Shown: positions 44,887-45,819 of the stretch, piece by piece | Layout of the letters: every line of letters starts with the position of its first letter | Numbering within the stretch: the first letter of the stretch is position 1 | Assembly (NCBI GenBank): GCA_017554135.1 | Contig: JAFZIX010000275.1 | Location: 1-45,819, forward strand | Origin: Bacteroidales bacterium | Lineage (GTDB): Bacteria; Bacteroidota; Bacteroidia; Bacteroidales; UBA932 | Direction: 5' to 3' | Length of the DNA: 45,819 nucleotides | Made by a program: the position numbers and the translations under genes | The notes under the pieces: generated by a model | What the model was told of the DNA's origin: nothing | Databases searched by the model: none | The model's input: the letters and a program-made list of their open reading frames with translations, nothing else

Positions 44887-45819
44887 ACATCCGCGGTATC
44901 TACAACGTGGATTTTGACAAGGAAACCGCATACAAGGTAGGTTATTTCCTGCCGGAACTTTTGAAGGCAAATAAGGTCCTGGTGGGCCGCGACTGCCGCG
45001 TCTCCGGGCAGGAGATTCACGACTACCTTATCAAGGGCATCACGGATGCCGGTGCCGATGTAGACGATATCGGCCTCAGCAGCACGCCCCTTGTGTATTT
45101 TGGCACGGCCAATTATGGCTACAAGGCTTCGGTCCAGATTACCGCCAGCCACAACCCGCCGGAGTACAACGGTATGAAGGTAAGCCGTGAAAACGCCCTC
45201 CCGGTGGGCCTGGACACTGGTCTTGGCCAGATCAAGCAGTGGATAGACGAAGGCCGTCCCACCCCCAAGGCCGCAAAGCCCGGAAAGGTTACGGAGATTG
45301 ACATCAAGCCTGATTATATTGCCTTCCTGAAGAAATACAAGGGAGACTACTCCAACCTCAAGATTGCCTTCGACCTTTCAAACGGCATGAGCTGCCTCTT
45401 TGCAAAGGAAATCTACAAGGGGGAGAACGCCACCTTCCTCTTCGACGAGATGGACGGCCGCTTCCCCAACCACGAACCCAACCCGCTGGTAGCCAAGAAC
45501 GTAGAACCCCTCAAGAAGCTGGTGGCCGAGATTAAGGCCGATATCGGCGTCATCTACGACGGAGACGCCGACCGCGTGATGTTCGTAGACGACAAGGCCC
45601 GCTTTGTAGCACCGGATCTGGTAGTAGCCCTAATGGCCCGCTACTTCTGCGACGAGCGCGGAGAGAAGAACCCCCGCGTACTGCAGGAAATCCGTTCCAG
45701 CCTGGCCGTGGCCGAGGAACTCACCAAGAATTATGGCGCCGAGGTGCACACCTGGCGTGTGGGCCGTGCCTTCGCAGCCCCCAAACTCCGCGAGATCGAC
45801 GGTCTCTGGGGCGGGGAAC
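44865..45819 (+). CDS. Phosphomannomutase/phosphoglucomutase (3'-partial, runs off window; absent from ORF track)
   Basis: MGAFHAYDIRGIY..., 'VGRDCR', phosphoserine loop 'ITASHNPPEYNGMK', 'DGRFPNHEPNP', metal loop 'YDGDADR'. Confidence 0.95.
   Translation, partial: MGAFHAYDIRGIYNVDFDKETAYKVGYFLPELLKANKVLVGRDCRVSGQEIHDYLIKGITDAGADVDDIGLSSTPLVYFGTANYGYKASVQITASHNPPEYNGMKVSRENALPVGLDTGLGQIKQWIDEGRPTPKAAKPGKVTEIDIKPDYIAFLKKYKGDYSNLKIAFDLSNGMSCLFAKEIYKGENATFLFDEMDGRFPNHEPNPLVAKNVEPLKKLVAEIKADIGVIYDGDADRVMFVDDKARFVAPDLVVALMARYFCDERGEKNPRVLQEIRSSLAVAEELTKNYGAEVHTWRVGRAFAAPKLREIDGLWGGE

Noticed and set aside
1-45819. tRNA, rRNA or riboswitch genes
   Set aside because: None recognised; intergenic spaces are short and explained by promoters, terminators or repeats. 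A covariance-model scan was not possible

Overview
Bacteroidales chromosomal window (TAnnTTTG promoters, SusC/SusD pairs, DUF2795). A rumen/gut Cryptobacteroides-like lineage is a guess only. It has three parts. (1) 1-11840 is a housekeeping block: ProX/YbaK editor, a UDG-family glycosylase fused to a HAD phosphatase, an HUH Y1 transposase (RAYT-like) flanked by three 90-bp palindromic repeats, TSCPD, YhfC, AlkD, rfbA, an aldo-keto reductase, a CE7 esterase, a low-GC orphan, DUF2795 and folE. Two further families of palindromic repeats have inserted IN FRAME into the two DNA-glycosylase genes and would be translated as extra peptide loops. (2) 11839-44886 is a ~33-kb integrative island bounded by a perfect 25-bp direct repeat that duplicates the first codons of a phosphomannomutase gene. 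It has paired arm-type sites, a frameshifted and truncated tyrosine integrase, an excisionase remnant, an inward terminator and an outward promoter. Its cargo is a ~31-kb ECF-sigma/FecR-controlled double SusCD locus encoding three EEP phosphodiesterase-family proteins, a GDPD, a GlpT-like transporter, a GH3 and an SGNH esterase. I infer this is a utilization locus for a glycerol-phosphate-containing polymer (teichoic/lipoteichoic acid or phosphoglycerol-substituted glucan) rather than a plain polysaccharide. (3) 44865-end is the restored phosphomannomutase gene (partial). All calls come from motif recognition by eye; no database search was run.
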